DNA of 32,000 nt. It comes from Synechocystis sp. PCC 6803 substr. PCC-P (GTDB lineage: Bacteria > Cyanobacteriota > Cyanobacteriia > Cyanobacteriales > Microcystaceae). The stretch covers positions 1,920,001-1,952,000 of the forward strand of contig NC_017039.1 of assembly GCF_000284455.1 (NCBI RefSeq). The letters run 5' to 3'. The notes under the pieces were generated by a model, which was not told the origin of the DNA, ran no database searches, and saw only the letters and a program-made list of their open reading frames with translations. A program made the translations under genes and the position numbers. Each line of letters starts with the position of its first letter. Within the stretch, counting starts at the first letter, position 1. Positions 7,351-16,501 of this stretch are shown piece by piece.

Positions 7351-9654
7351 ATGCATCCCACCCTCATCAGCGCCCCTATCAGCTCCTCCGCCAATGATGC
7401 CCATGCCGGCACTAGCCAGGGTTCCCATCAGGGACATCGCATACAAGTGATCCGTAGAGATGGCTCCTCAACTCCCCTAAATATTGGCAAAATTCGGGCA
7501 GTGGTGGACTGGGCTTGCCTTGGGTTGGAAGTGAACTCCATCGCCCTAGAAGCAGGGCTAACGACTAGGTTGAGAGAGGGGATTAGCACTAGAGAGATTC
7601 AAGATAATTTAATTAGCTGCGCTCTGGAAATGTGCAGTCCCAACGAACCAGACTGGCGCTACGTGGCTGGCCGTTTACATGTTTGGAGTCTGTGGAAAGA
7701 TACCCTAGTGCGTCGGGGATATCAGTATGGGCAGTATCTACGCACGGTACAAACCAAGGTCACCAATGGGGAATATGACTCCCGCATCTTGACTTACAGC
7801 GAAGGGGAATTGCAGGAAGCGGGCTGTTGGATTAACTCGGACTGGGACACAGACTATGACTATGCCGGGGCAGTTTTATTAACTAGCCGCTATCTATTAC
7901 CCAACGAATTACCCCAGGAAGCGTTATTAACCTGTGCGCTGCTATTAGCTTCGGTGGAAGCCCCCGATCGCCGTTTGCAATGGGCCCGGAGATTTTATGA
8001 ATCAATTGCAGCCCGTAGAATTTCTTTAGCCACCCCAATCCTGGCTAATTTACGAGTGCCCGGTGGTTCTCTGACTTCCTGCTTCATTGTGGCCATGGAG
8101 GATAACCTGGAAAGTATTTTTGGGGAAATTACCAATGCTGCCAGAATTTCCAAAAACGGTGGTGGAGTGGGAGTTAACGTTTCCCGCATCCGGGCCACCG
8201 GCAGTTGGGTAATGGGTAAGCCCAACGCTTCCGGAGGGGTGATTCCCTGGACAAAACTGCTCAACGATACGGCGATCGCCGTTAATCAGGGGGGGCGCAG
8301 AGCCGGAGCCGTAACCGTAGGGCTGGATGTGTGGCATTTGGACGTACCAGAATTTCTGGAAATGCAGGCGGAAAATGGTGACCAACGACGTAAAGCCTAT
8401 GATATTTTTCCCCAGTTAATCTTGCCCGATGAATTTATGCGGCGGGTCATTAACAAAGAAGATTGGACGTTAGTGGACCCCTACGAAGTTAGGGAAAAAA
8501 TGGGCATTGAGTTAGCCGAACTCTGGGGGGAACAATTTGAAGGTGCCTATCGAGAAATTGAGTCAAACCTCGATACCACCATTACCCTCTACAAACGTAT
8601 TAATGCCCGGGAATTGTTTAAGCAGATAATGCGTACCCAGGTAGAAACCGGGATGCCCTATCTTTCCTTTAAAGACACTATCAATAAAGCCAATCCTAAT
8701 AAACATTTAGGTTATATTCCTGGCACTAATCTTTGCTGTGAATCATTCTCCAACGTTACCCCTGGTCAGGATGCCCATTGCTGTAACCTAGTTAGCCTCA
8801 ACCTTGCCAATCTAGACTTGCAAGACATTGCTGGGGTCAGTCAGATTGCTGTGCGGATGCTGGATAACACCATTGAATTGACTGCGCCTCCCTTTGCCGA
8901 TGCTAAAAGCCATAACAATAAATACCGCACCATCGGGGTGGGAGCCATGGGGTTAGCAGACTGGCTGGCTAAACGTCGTCTGAATTATGACGAGTTAGCG
9001 GATATTAATCGCTTGTTCGAGGAAATCGGCTATTGGTGCACCCAATCCTCCATGGAATTGGCCAAGGAACGGGGAGCTTACCCTGCTTTCCCCGGTAGTG
9101 ACTGGCAAAAAGGTTTATTAATTGGTTCCAAACCCGTCAGTTGGTTTCAAGCTAATGCGGCTAAACCGGAACGATGGGAAAAACTCTCCAACGACATCCA
9201 AACCCACGGCATTCGCAACTCCCACATTACGGCGATCGCCCCCAACACATCATCATCCCTAGTCCAAGGTTGCACTGCCAGCATTTTGCCGGTCTATAGC
9301 CGCTTCTTTTACGATAAATGGGCTAAGGGCACTGTCCCCATTGCACCGCCCTTCATTGGTAATTGTTTCTGGTTCTACCCGGAGAATAAAACCATGGACC
9401 AGCGCAAAGTAGTCAAAGCCGTGGCCGCCATCCAACAATGGACAGATACGGGCATTTCCATGGAGTTATTATTTAACCTCAATGCGGGCATTTATTTCCC
9501 TGAAGAACCGGAAAGAAGCCTCAATGCCAAGGACATTTTTGACACCCTGGTCATGGCCTGGGAGGCCGGTTGTAAGGCGATCTACTATATTCGCACTGTA
9601 CAAAAGGATGACTTTAAGGATTCCTCCGATGGCTGCGTTGCCTGTGCTAATTAG
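7351..9654 (+). CDS. nrdA: Ribonucleoside-diphosphate reductase, alpha subunit (class I type)
   Basis: N-terminal ATP-cone-like region, NrdA motifs (ISKNGGGVGVNVSRIRATGS, GTNLCCESFSNVTP, NLVSLNLANL, TASILPVYSRFF) and a C-terminal CxxC (GCVACAN). Confidence 0.9.
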   Translation: MHPTLISAPISSSANDAHAGTSQGSHQGHRIQVIRRDGSSTPLNIGKIRAVVDWACLGLEVNSIALEAGLTTRLREGISTREIQDNLISCALEMCSPNEPDWRYVAGRLHVWSLWKDTLVRRGYQYGQYLRTVQTKVTNGEYDSRILTYSEGELQEAGCWINSDWDTDYDYAGAVLLTSRYLLPNELPQEALLTCALLLASVEAPDRRLQWARRFYESIAARRISLATPILANLRVPGGSLTSCFIVAMEDNLESIFGEITNAARISKNGGGVGVNVSRIRATGSWVMGKPNASGGVIPWTKLLNDTAIAVNQGGRRAGAVTVGLDVWHLDVPEFLEMQAENGDQRRKAYDIFPQLILPDEFMRRVINKEDWTLVDPYEVREKMGIELAELWGEQFEGAYREIESNLDTTITLYKRINARELFKQIMRTQVETGMPYLSFKDTINKANPNKHLGYIPGTNLCCESFSNVTPGQDAHCCNLVSLNLANLDLQDIAGVSQIAVRMLDNTIELTAPPFADAKSHNNKYRTIGVGAMGLADWLAKRRLNYDELADINRLFEEIGYWCTQSSMELAKERGAYPAFPGSDWQKGLLIGSKPVSWFQANAAKPERWEKLSNDIQTHGIRNSHITAIAPNTSSSLVQGCTASILPVYSRFFYDKWAKGTVPIAPPFIGNCFWFYPENKTMDQRKVVKAVAAIQQWTDTGISMELLFNLNAGIYFPEEPERSLNAKDIFDTLVMAWEAGCKAIYYIRTVQKDDFKDSSDGCVACAN

Positions 9655-10166
9655 ATAATCTAAAAACTTGTTCACAAGCTTGAGGAAATGATGCTTAGTT
9701 TCCCTTGAAGGTCGTTGATGCCAACAAGGCTAGGATCCGTGGCAAATTTCCTTGAAAAGGGTAATTTTGACGGATTTTTTCTGATGGCGTTGATTTAGCT
9801 ACATTCTTTTAAATATTGGGCGACGGAAACCGTTTTGCCTCTGCAAAGTATAGGCTTAGAAACTCCCACTCTTGTCCAGGAATCTTTGGATGGGATTGTG
9901 ATATTAACCTCCGTTAGTCCAGGGTTTGTGCAGAAGATTTCACCCAGATCAAAAAATACCCATCAGGGCTAATGGTAAACCTCATAACTTTGAACAGAGT
10001 TGGGTAGCAATCATTAATGTTTTCCTGATTAGTTGCCCGGATTCTATCCCGGTGGGCTGACAAGATAGTGCCGCTAGTTGAGTTTTGTCGCCCCTCCATG
10101 GCAATCTAGTCTGGGGTTTAATCAATCTTTTTGCTAGTCATCTCCCCTATCCATTACCAATTAACC

Positions 10167-11339
10167 ATGACCACTTCCCTTGCAGCCATTGCCCCCCACG
10201 GCGGCCAACTGATCAATCGCCTCGCCCCGGAAGCAGAACGCCAGGAATTTTTGGCGATCGCCGATAAATTGCCCAGGGTGCAACTGGATGAACGGGCCAC
10301 ATCGGATTTGGTCATGATTGCCATTGGCGGTTTTAGTCCCCTCAAGGGCTTTATGGAGCAGGACGACTACGAGCTGGTGGTGGAAGAAATGAAACTCAGC
10401 AACGGTTTGCCCTGGTCGGTACCCGTGACTTTATCAGTGACAGAGGAAGTGGCCGCTCCCTTGGAAGTAGGCAGTTGGGTGCGGTTGGACAACAGCGCTG
10501 GTAAATTCATCGGTGTGTTGGAGCTGACCCAGAAATATCACTACAACAAAGCCCACGAAGCTAAAAACGTTTACCGCACCGACGACCAAGCCCACCCTGG
10601 AGTCAAGGTGATTTATGACCAAGGCCCTGTTAACCTGGCCGGCCCCATCTGGTTACTGGAGCGGGAACCCCATCCCCTGTTTCCCAAATACCAAATTGAC
10701 CCCGCCGCTTCCCGTCAGTTATTTGCCGAGCGGGGCTGGAAAACCATTGTCGGCTTTCAAACCCGTAACCCCATCCACCGGGCCCATGAATACATTCAAA
10801 AATGCGCGCTGGAGGTAGTTGATGGCCTCTTTCTCCATCCTCTGGTGGGGGCAACAAAGAGTGATGACATTCCCGCCGATGTGCGGATGCGTTGCTACGA
10901 AATTATGGTGGACAATTACTTCCCCAAAGAGCGGGTCATTCTGGGTATTAATCCTTCCGCCATGCGCTACGCCGGGCCCCGGGAGGCTATTTTCCATGCC
11001 CTGATTCGCAAAAACTATGGCTGTACCCATTTCATTGTAGGTCGGGACCACGCCGGGGTGGGGGACTACTACGGCACCTACGATGCCCAGGAAATTTTTG
11101 ACGAGTTTGCCCCGGAAGCGCTGGGTATTGTGCCGATGAAGTTCGAGCACGCTTTTTACTGCAAAAAGACCCTGCAAATGGCCACCACTAAAACCAGTCC
11201 CAGTGGCCCAGAAGACCGCATTCACCTCTCTGGCACTAAAGTGCGGGCTTTGCTTCGGGATGGACAATTGCCGCCACCGGAATTCTCCCGCCCTGAAGTA
11301 GCCCAGGAATTAATTCGGGCCATGCAGGGGGAAAGCTAA
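10167..11339 (+). CDS. sat: Sulfate adenylyltransferase (ATP sulfurylase)
   Basis: [98 protein letters not shown]. Start [13 protein letters not shown] at 10167. Confidence 0.95.
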   Translation: MTTSLAAIAPHGGQLINRLAPEAERQEFLAIADKLPRVQLDERATSDLVMIAIGGFSPLKGFMEQDDYELVVEEMKLSNGLPWSVPVTLSVTEEVAAPLEVGSWVRLDNSAGKFIGVLELTQKYHYNKAHEAKNVYRTDDQAHPGVKVIYDQGPVNLAGPIWLLEREPHPLFPKYQIDPAASRQLFAERGWKTIVGFQTRNPIHRAHEYIQKCALEVVDGLFLHPLVGATKSDDIPADVRMRCYEIMVDNYFPKERVILGINPSAMRYAGPREAIFHALIRKNYGCTHFIVGRDHAGVGDYYGTYDAQEIFDEFAPEALGIVPMKFEHAFYCKKTLQMATTKTSPSGPEDRIHLSGTKVRALLRDGQLPPPEFSRPEVAQELIRAMQGES

Positions 11340-11381
11340 AGGAATTAAGGGAATTATTTCTCCAATTCTTGGGCATTAAAT

Positions 11382-12446
11382 ATGCGCCTACTATTTGTTT
11401 CTAGTCCCGTCAGTTCCCTCAATTCTGGACGGTTGGGGGGAGTGGCCCTGAACTTAAAAAACATCACCCGCACCATGGTCAGTCGTGGCCATGAGGTCAA
11501 AATTGTCGCCCCCAAGGGTTCGGCGATCGCCGGTTTGCCCATCCAGGAAATTGCCGGGGCGTTGCAGCCTTTAATTCCAGAGCCGACCTACCACGATCCA
11601 GTACTGATGCCAGAGGATGCGGTGGTGGCCCATATGTGGGACTACATCAGGGAAGTAGAACAAGATTATGACTTAATTGTCGATTTTGGCTATGAATGGT
11701 TACCTTTTTACCTTTCCCCTTTTTTACAGCGGCCGGTATTGCACTATGTTTGCATTAGCTCCTGGAATGCAGTTATGGACCAGGCGATCAACCGGGTGGC
11801 TCAGCTATGTCCCGGCACATTGGGGGCCCACACCCAAGCCCAGGCTGAAACCTATGCTGTGGCGGATTCTTTCCGCATTTTGAGCAGTGGCATTGATTTG
11901 GACCAGTATCAATTTGTTCCTAAATCAGGTAAAACTTTGGCTTGGGCCGGTCGCATTTCCCCGGAAAAGGGTTTGGAAGATGCCTTTGCAGTGGCTCAAG
12001 CAACCAATTTGCCTTTGCAAGTTTTTGGTTATCTCCAGGATGAACAGTATTGGCAGTCCCTAAAACGCAGTTATCCCCAAGCCCAGGTGGAATATAAGGG
12101 CTTTTTGCCCACTGCTGAATTCCAACAGGCTTTAGGTCAGTGCCAAGCCCTAATAATGACCCATAAATGGGTAGAGGCTTTTGGCAGGGTTGCAGTGGAA
12201 GCCTTAGCCTGTGGGGTGCCGGTAATTTCCTATGACCGGGGTGGCCCAAGGGAAATCGTCGAAACCGAGCAAACAGGATTTTTAGTACCCCCCGACGACG
12301 TTCCGGCTTTGGTGGCCGCTGTAGGAAAAATATCAGCCATCGACCGGGCCAATTGTCGTTCAGTGGCTGATCGCCGTTATTCTCTCCCTGCCTATGGCGA
12401 TCGCCTGGAGCAATGGTTCACAGATGTGATGAATTTTTACCAATAA
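11382..12446 (+). CDS. Family-4 glycosyltransferase; likely cyanopterin/tetrahydrobiopterin glucosyltransferase
   Basis: GT4 features (LAWAGRISPEKGLEDAFAVA, EAFGRVAVEALACGVPVISYDRGGPREIVETEQTGFLVPPDD). The specific function is recalled for the PCC 6803 protein Slr1166 and was not verified here. Confidence 0.75.
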   Translation: MRLLFVSSPVSSLNSGRLGGVALNLKNITRTMVSRGHEVKIVAPKGSAIAGLPIQEIAGALQPLIPEPTYHDPVLMPEDAVVAHMWDYIREVEQDYDLIVDFGYEWLPFYLSPFLQRPVLHYVCISSWNAVMDQAINRVAQLCPGTLGAHTQAQAETYAVADSFRILSSGIDLDQYQFVPKSGKTLAWAGRISPEKGLEDAFAVAQATNLPLQVFGYLQDEQYWQSLKRSYPQAQVEYKGFLPTAEFQQALGQCQALIMTHKWVEAFGRVAVEALACGVPVISYDRGGPREIVETEQTGFLVPPDDVPALVAAVGKISAIDRANCRSVADRRYSLPAYGDRLEQWFTDVMNFYQ

Positions 12447-12495
12447 ACGTCCCTAGAATTGGCGGGCACAACAGTTTCGTTCAGGTCGCTATTTT

Positions 12496-12882
12496 CTACA
12501 ACCACAGGCGTTGAATCGGATAATCATCCAGAGCTTGATCACGACTGACTAAAATAAGAGAATGATTAATCGATTGGGATACCAAAATACGATCAAAGGG
12601 ATCTTTGTGGTGCAAGGGAAGATTATAAAGTTTAATTGTGTCTTTTAGTGTAATAGGTAATAGCTTGAATCGGGTTCTTTGAAAACTAGCTTCAATACTA
12701 TTGAAATCACCACAGAGAGAAAGTTTACCAATTTTTAGTTTAATAGAAATTTCCCAAAAGCTGGCAATACTAACAAAAACGTTATCCATATTTTCTAAGG
12801 TATCTTTTGTCGTCACAGGCAAGTTAGAGTCATCTTCTGCTAACCAAATAAAAACGTGGGTGTCTATCAAAACAGAATTCAT
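12496..12882 (-). CDS. Type II toxin-antitoxin PIN-domain toxin (VapC-like)
   Basis: MNSVLIDTHVFIWLAEDDS, ASFWEISIKLKIGKL, HHKDPFDRILVSQSINHSLILVSRD: canonical PIN signatures. Confidence 0.88.
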   Translation of the reverse strand: MNSVLIDTHVFIWLAEDDSNLPVTTKDTLENMDNVFVSIASFWEISIKLKIGKLSLCGDFNSIEASFQRTRFKLLPITLKDTIKLYNLPLHHKDPFDRILVSQSINHSLILVSRDQALDDYPIQRLWL

Positions 12883-13088
12883 TACATATACTCCTCAAAT
12901 TCTTCTAAGGGGGCATCAAAGTCTTCGGGTAGAGGTAAAATAAAAGTTCCTTTCATCGATCCTGCTAATGGCTTTTGGGGCGCATTTAAGGATTTATTCA
13001 TTAAATATTCAGCATAGTGTAAAAGCTCGATTTTTAAGTCATCAGGCAGATTTTCAGCAATGTTTAATAGGGCAGCTTCAGTAGTCAT
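12882..13088 (-). CDS. Antitoxin (DUF2281-like) of the adjacent PIN toxin
   Basis: MTTEAALLNIAENLPDDLKIELLHYAEYLMNKS...GSMKGTFILPLPEDFDAPLEEFEEYM immediately upstream of, and abutting, the PIN gene. Likely start at 13088; the tracked ORF starts at 13121. Confidence 0.8.
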   Translation of the reverse strand: MTTEAALLNIAENLPDDLKIELLHYAEYLMNKSLNAPQKPLAGSMKGTFILPLPEDFDAPLEEFEEYM

Positions 13089-13104
13089 TTGAAAATCCTT
13101 GAAT

Positions 13105-13236
13105 TTAATGTAATTGGTCAATTTGAATAATCTGCGTTAAATTTTCAATTTCTTCCTTACGGTCTAACAGATCATTATCAAAAGGATACTTAGGGAGATT
13201 AGGATTAATCTCAATATCTCTAGGCTTAAGTCGCAT
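13105..13236 (-). pseudogene. Short ORF (43 aa) resembling the N-terminal edge of a KAP-family P-loop NTPase
   Basis: Manual minus-strand translation: MRLKPRDIEINPNLPKYPFDNDLLDRKEEIENLTQIIQIDQLH*. It resembles the DLLxRxxxaxxLxxxI start of KAP NTPases and has no Walker motif. Confidence 0.35.
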
Positions 13237-13334
13237 AAATTAAAAAATTGGTAAAAATAAGACAATAAAAAGGTGAGCCAAAACTCACCTCTCTACTTTA
13301 TTGAAAAATTAGTTAAACTAACAAGCCATTAGCA

Positions 13335-14558
13335 TTAAGGGGCTAAAGCGTTACCCCGGAGCAAGCTACCAATGGTTTTGGCGGTAATTTTCATTTGCAC
13401 CAATGGATTGGCGGGTACCACGGTTTTGTACAGGTAACTGTCAAAAGTTAGCTTTTGCACATCGATGTCGGAACACATTTCCACAAAGGCTTCTCTGGTG
13501 GCATCGGTGCGATAGAAGACCCGTTGCAGAATATCCAACACCAAATAGGTAGCGCCGTAGCGTTTATCCCATTGTTTGATGTATTGTTTCAGATCGGCTT
13601 CGGTGGGCACCCGTTGGCCATTATTGCTGGTGGCCACAATGGTTTCCGCACACATACGGGCGGATTTGGCGGCAAAGTAAATGCCTTCCCCAGAGGATTT
13701 GGTGACGGTACCAGCGGCATCCCCCACTAGGGCTACTCGACCAACCACCCGCCGGGGCCGGGGATGTTCAGGAATGGGATGGGCTTCCACTTTGATGATT
13801 TCTCCGCCTTCTAGTTTTTTGGCAGCCCTGGTGCGGATGCCAGCCTGTAAGTCTTTGATGCGGGCTTTGTTCACCTTCATGGTGCCGGTGCCCACCGCCA
13901 CGTGGTCATATTTTGGGAATACCCAGGCGTAGAAATCCGGAGAAACGTCATCGCCCACATACATTTCTGCTAGTTCATCGTAGTAGGCCATTTTGTCTTC
14001 CGGCAGACGAATCCGCTCTTGGAAGGCGATCGCATAGTTGTAATCCCCAGCGTCAATGGCTTTGGCAATGCGAGAGTTAGCGCCATCAGCCCCAATCACC
14101 ACATCTACTTTTAGGATTTTCATTTCCCCAGTGGTGCCACCAACGCTGTGGTCGGCATAGTGGAGGGTGTAGGGATCACTATCTTTGCTAGGAATGTCTA
14201 ATTTATAAACGGTGCCATTAATGACTTTTGTACCCAGTTTCTCCGCCCGTTCCCGGAGAAAACCATCCAGCACTTCCCGGCGGCACATGCCGATATATTC
14301 GTCGTCCTTGAGGGTCTGACCGATGTTGACCTCGATGTTGGAAGGGGAGATCATTTTCATCTTCCGTACCCGGCGGTCAATGATTTCCGGGGGCAGATCA
14401 AACTCATCCACCATACAGAGGGGAATTGCTCCACCACAGGGTTTGGCGTTGTCTAGCTTACGCTCAAACAGGTAGGTTTCAATTCCGGCTTTTACTAAAA
14501 TTTCGGCGGCGGAAGAACCAGCGGGGCCTCCTCCAACGACTGCTACCCGTAATACCAA
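13335..14558 (-). CDS. chlP: Geranylgeranyl reductase (chlorophyll/tocopherol biosynthesis)
   Basis: FAD-binding VAVVGGGPAGSSAAEILVKAGIETYLFERK and GRVALVGDAAGTVTKSSGEGIYFAAKSARMCAE, full-length ChlP/BchP architecture. Confidence 0.95.
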   Translation of the reverse strand: MVLRVAVVGGGPAGSSAAEILVKAGIETYLFERKLDNAKPCGGAIPLCMVDEFDLPPEIIDRRVRKMKMISPSNIEVNIGQTLKDDEYIGMCRREVLDGFLRERAEKLGTKVINGTVYKLDIPSKDSDPYTLHYADHSVGGTTGEMKILKVDVVIGADGANSRIAKAIDAGDYNYAIAFQERIRLPEDKMAYYDELAEMYVGDDVSPDFYAWVFPKYDHVAVGTGTMKVNKARIKDLQAGIRTRAAKKLEGGEIIKVEAHPIPEHPRPRRVVGRVALVGDAAGTVTKSSGEGIYFAAKSARMCAETIVATSNNGQRVPTEADLKQYIKQWDKRYGATYLVLDILQRVFYRTDATREAFVEMCSDIDVQKLTFDSYLYKTVVPANPLVQMKITAKTIGSLLRGNALAP

Positions 14559-14939
14559 AGCCTTTCTCCTAAATTTCTTTTAATAAAAAAAGTGAGCGAG
14601 CACGGATCGCATCCTATCACGGTCTTTTTGCTTAGGGGTAGGCGATCGCCGCTGGGACGGCAAAGTTGCAATAGAGCTTTACAAAACCGTTACAAAACTT
14701 CATGCTAAGCCTGGTCACCATAGTATTAACCCAGTTTTAACCATTGATTTGATCGAGGTAAAAATGACAGTTTTCCCCAGCAGCAGGGGGAGAAGGCAAA
14801 AAGCCTCTTTTTTTCCTAAAATAGTTTTGAGCCAATTACTACCAGTGATTTTCCCGAATCTATAGCGCTGAGCTAGGCTGGAATAACCTGGTTTTCAATT
14901 GGATTTTGGCAACTATTGAGACTAAACGAACCTGCGACT

Positions 14940-16097
14940 ATGGCCCCATCAATTTCCCCTGTCACCCAACCTTTGGTTTCCATGGCGATCGCCCCCACGG
15001 TGGTGATTCGTAGTGCTTTGGCTAAAGCGGGGGAACATTTGCAAAAATTGGGGAGTAAGGGCCTAGTGGTAACGGGTAGCCACTCTGCTGAGTTGGGGGA
15101 AAAGTCTTTACAAACATTGCAGAAAAATTATGGTCTGACCCTGCCTCTGGCCAGCTATTTACCTGACTGCGCCGAGTCTTCCCTCGAACAGTTGCGGCGA
15201 CGGGTTCACCAGGAACAGCCAGATTTTATCCTAGGTATTGGGGGAGGCAAAGCCCTAGATACGGCTAAGTTATTGGCCCATCAAACCCAATTGGCGATCG
15301 CCACAGTACCTACCTCGGCCGCTACCTGTGCGGGTTGGACTGCCTTGGCCAATGTTTACAGCGAAACGGGGGCTTTCCGTTATGACGTGGCCCTAGACCG
15401 ATGCCCGGATTTATTGATTGTGGATTATGAATTGATCCAACGGGCTGAACCAAGATTACTAGTTGCCGGCATTGGAGATGCGATCGCCAAATGGTATGAA
15501 GCTTCCGTTAGTAGTGGTCAATCCAGCGATACTTTCACCGTGGCCGCTGTACAACAAGCTCGAATTTTGCGGGATATTCTTTTCCAAAAATCCGCTGAAG
15601 CCCTGGCCCAACCGGGTAGCGAAACCTGGCGGGAAGTGGTGGATGCCAGTTTGTTGATGGCGGGGGTAATCGGTGGTTTGGGTGGTGCTAACTGCCGCAC
15701 CGTCGCAGCCCATGCAGTCCACAATGGTTTGACCCAATTGCCCCAGGCCCACCATGCCCTCCACGGGGAAAAAGTCGCCTATGGCATTTTGGTGCAGTTA
15801 CGCTTAGAAGAATTGGTCAGCGGTAATCAACTCGCCGCTACTGCCCGTCGCCAATTACTGAGCTTTTACGATGAGATAGGTTTACCCAAAACCCTGCAAG
15901 ATCTGGGTCTGGGACGAATTTCCCTGGAGGAATTACGACAGACGGCGGAATTTACCTGTTTACCCAATTCGGACATTCACCGCTTACCCTTTACTGTGAC
16001 CCCAGAAACGTTGATGGCGGCCATGGTTTCCACCCTAGTGGAGGAACAAGGTACTCGCCAATTATTTGCCCAAATTCAAGATAATTCCGGTCTTTAA
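14940..16097 (+). CDS. gldA: Iron-containing alcohol dehydrogenase family, glycerol dehydrogenase-like
   Basis: ILGIGGGKALDTAKLLAHQ, IATVPTSAATCAGWTALANVYSETG, HAVHNGLTQLPQAHHALHGEKVAYG. Likely start MAPSISPVTQP at 14940. Confidence 0.8.
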   Translation: MAPSISPVTQPLVSMAIAPTVVIRSALAKAGEHLQKLGSKGLVVTGSHSAELGEKSLQTLQKNYGLTLPLASYLPDCAESSLEQLRRRVHQEQPDFILGIGGGKALDTAKLLAHQTQLAIATVPTSAATCAGWTALANVYSETGAFRYDVALDRCPDLLIVDYELIQRAEPRLLVAGIGDAIAKWYEASVSSGQSSDTFTVAAVQQARILRDILFQKSAEALAQPGSETWREVVDASLLMAGVIGGLGGANCRTVAAHAVHNGLTQLPQAHHALHGEKVAYGILVQLRLEELVSGNQLAATARRQLLSFYDEIGLPKTLQDLGLGRISLEELRQTAEFTCLPNSDIHRLPFTVTPETLMAAMVSTLVEEQGTRQLFAQIQDNSGL

Positions 16098-16113
16098 ATG
16101 TGAATGATCAAAA

Positions 16114-16425
16114 ATGTTAACCGTTACTAATTATCCCCATATTCGTAAAATAGACGACCAGCCAGCCCATCTGGAAAGATTGCCTCGCATTCAAGTTGCC
16201 CATATTGTGATGGACTATCTTTCCCATGGTTGGTCTGTGGATGAAATGTGCCGCCAACATCCCTATCTAAAGCCTTCGGAAGCATATTCTGCTATGGGCT
16301 ATTATTTCGATCATCAAGAAGAAGTTGATCAACAGATTCAAGAACAGTGGCAGTCAATCCAGGAAGCAGATTCTCAACCAAAATCACCTTTTTACTCCCG
16401 TCTGAGAAGCAGAGGTATTTTATAA
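16114..16425 (+). CDS. DUF433 family (antitoxin-like) protein
   Basis: PRIQVAHIVMDYLSHGWSVDEMCRQHPYLKPSEAYSAMGYYFDHQEEVDQQI: typical DUF433 helix-turn-helix layout. Confidence 0.8.
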   Translation: MLTVTNYPHIRKIDDQPAHLERLPRIQVAHIVMDYLSHGWSVDEMCRQHPYLKPSEAYSAMGYYFDHQEEVDQQIQEQWQSIQEADSQPKSPFYSRLRSRGIL

Positions 16426-16491
16426 GTGACGGTTAATATTTATTTAGATGTCCATGTTCCCCTGGAGATTGGTGATCAGTTACGCCATTGA
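16426..16491 (+). pseudogene. Candidate truncated DUF5615 (PIN-like) toxin N-terminus, 21 codons
   Basis: GTG immediately after the DUF433 stop; encodes (V/M)TVNIYLDVHVPLEIGDQLRH*, resembling the usual start (xxxYLDEHVPxxIxxxLRxRG) of the DUF5615 toxin that follows DUF433 antitoxins. Confidence 0.45.
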
Positions 16492-16501
16492 TTAAAAACT
16501 T

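Noticed and set aside
8050-8385. 111-aa minus-strand ORF opposite nrdA (and the similar 7995-8264)
   Set aside because: Antisense to conserved NrdA coding sequence; composition looks like a shadow frame.
9914-10099. 61-aa minus-strand ORF between nrdA and sat
   Set aside because: No recognisable family or clear translation signal; insufficient to call a gene.
10719-11267. 182-aa minus-strand ORF opposite sat
   Set aside because: Shadow ORF antisense to a strongly conserved gene, with no recognisable protein motif.
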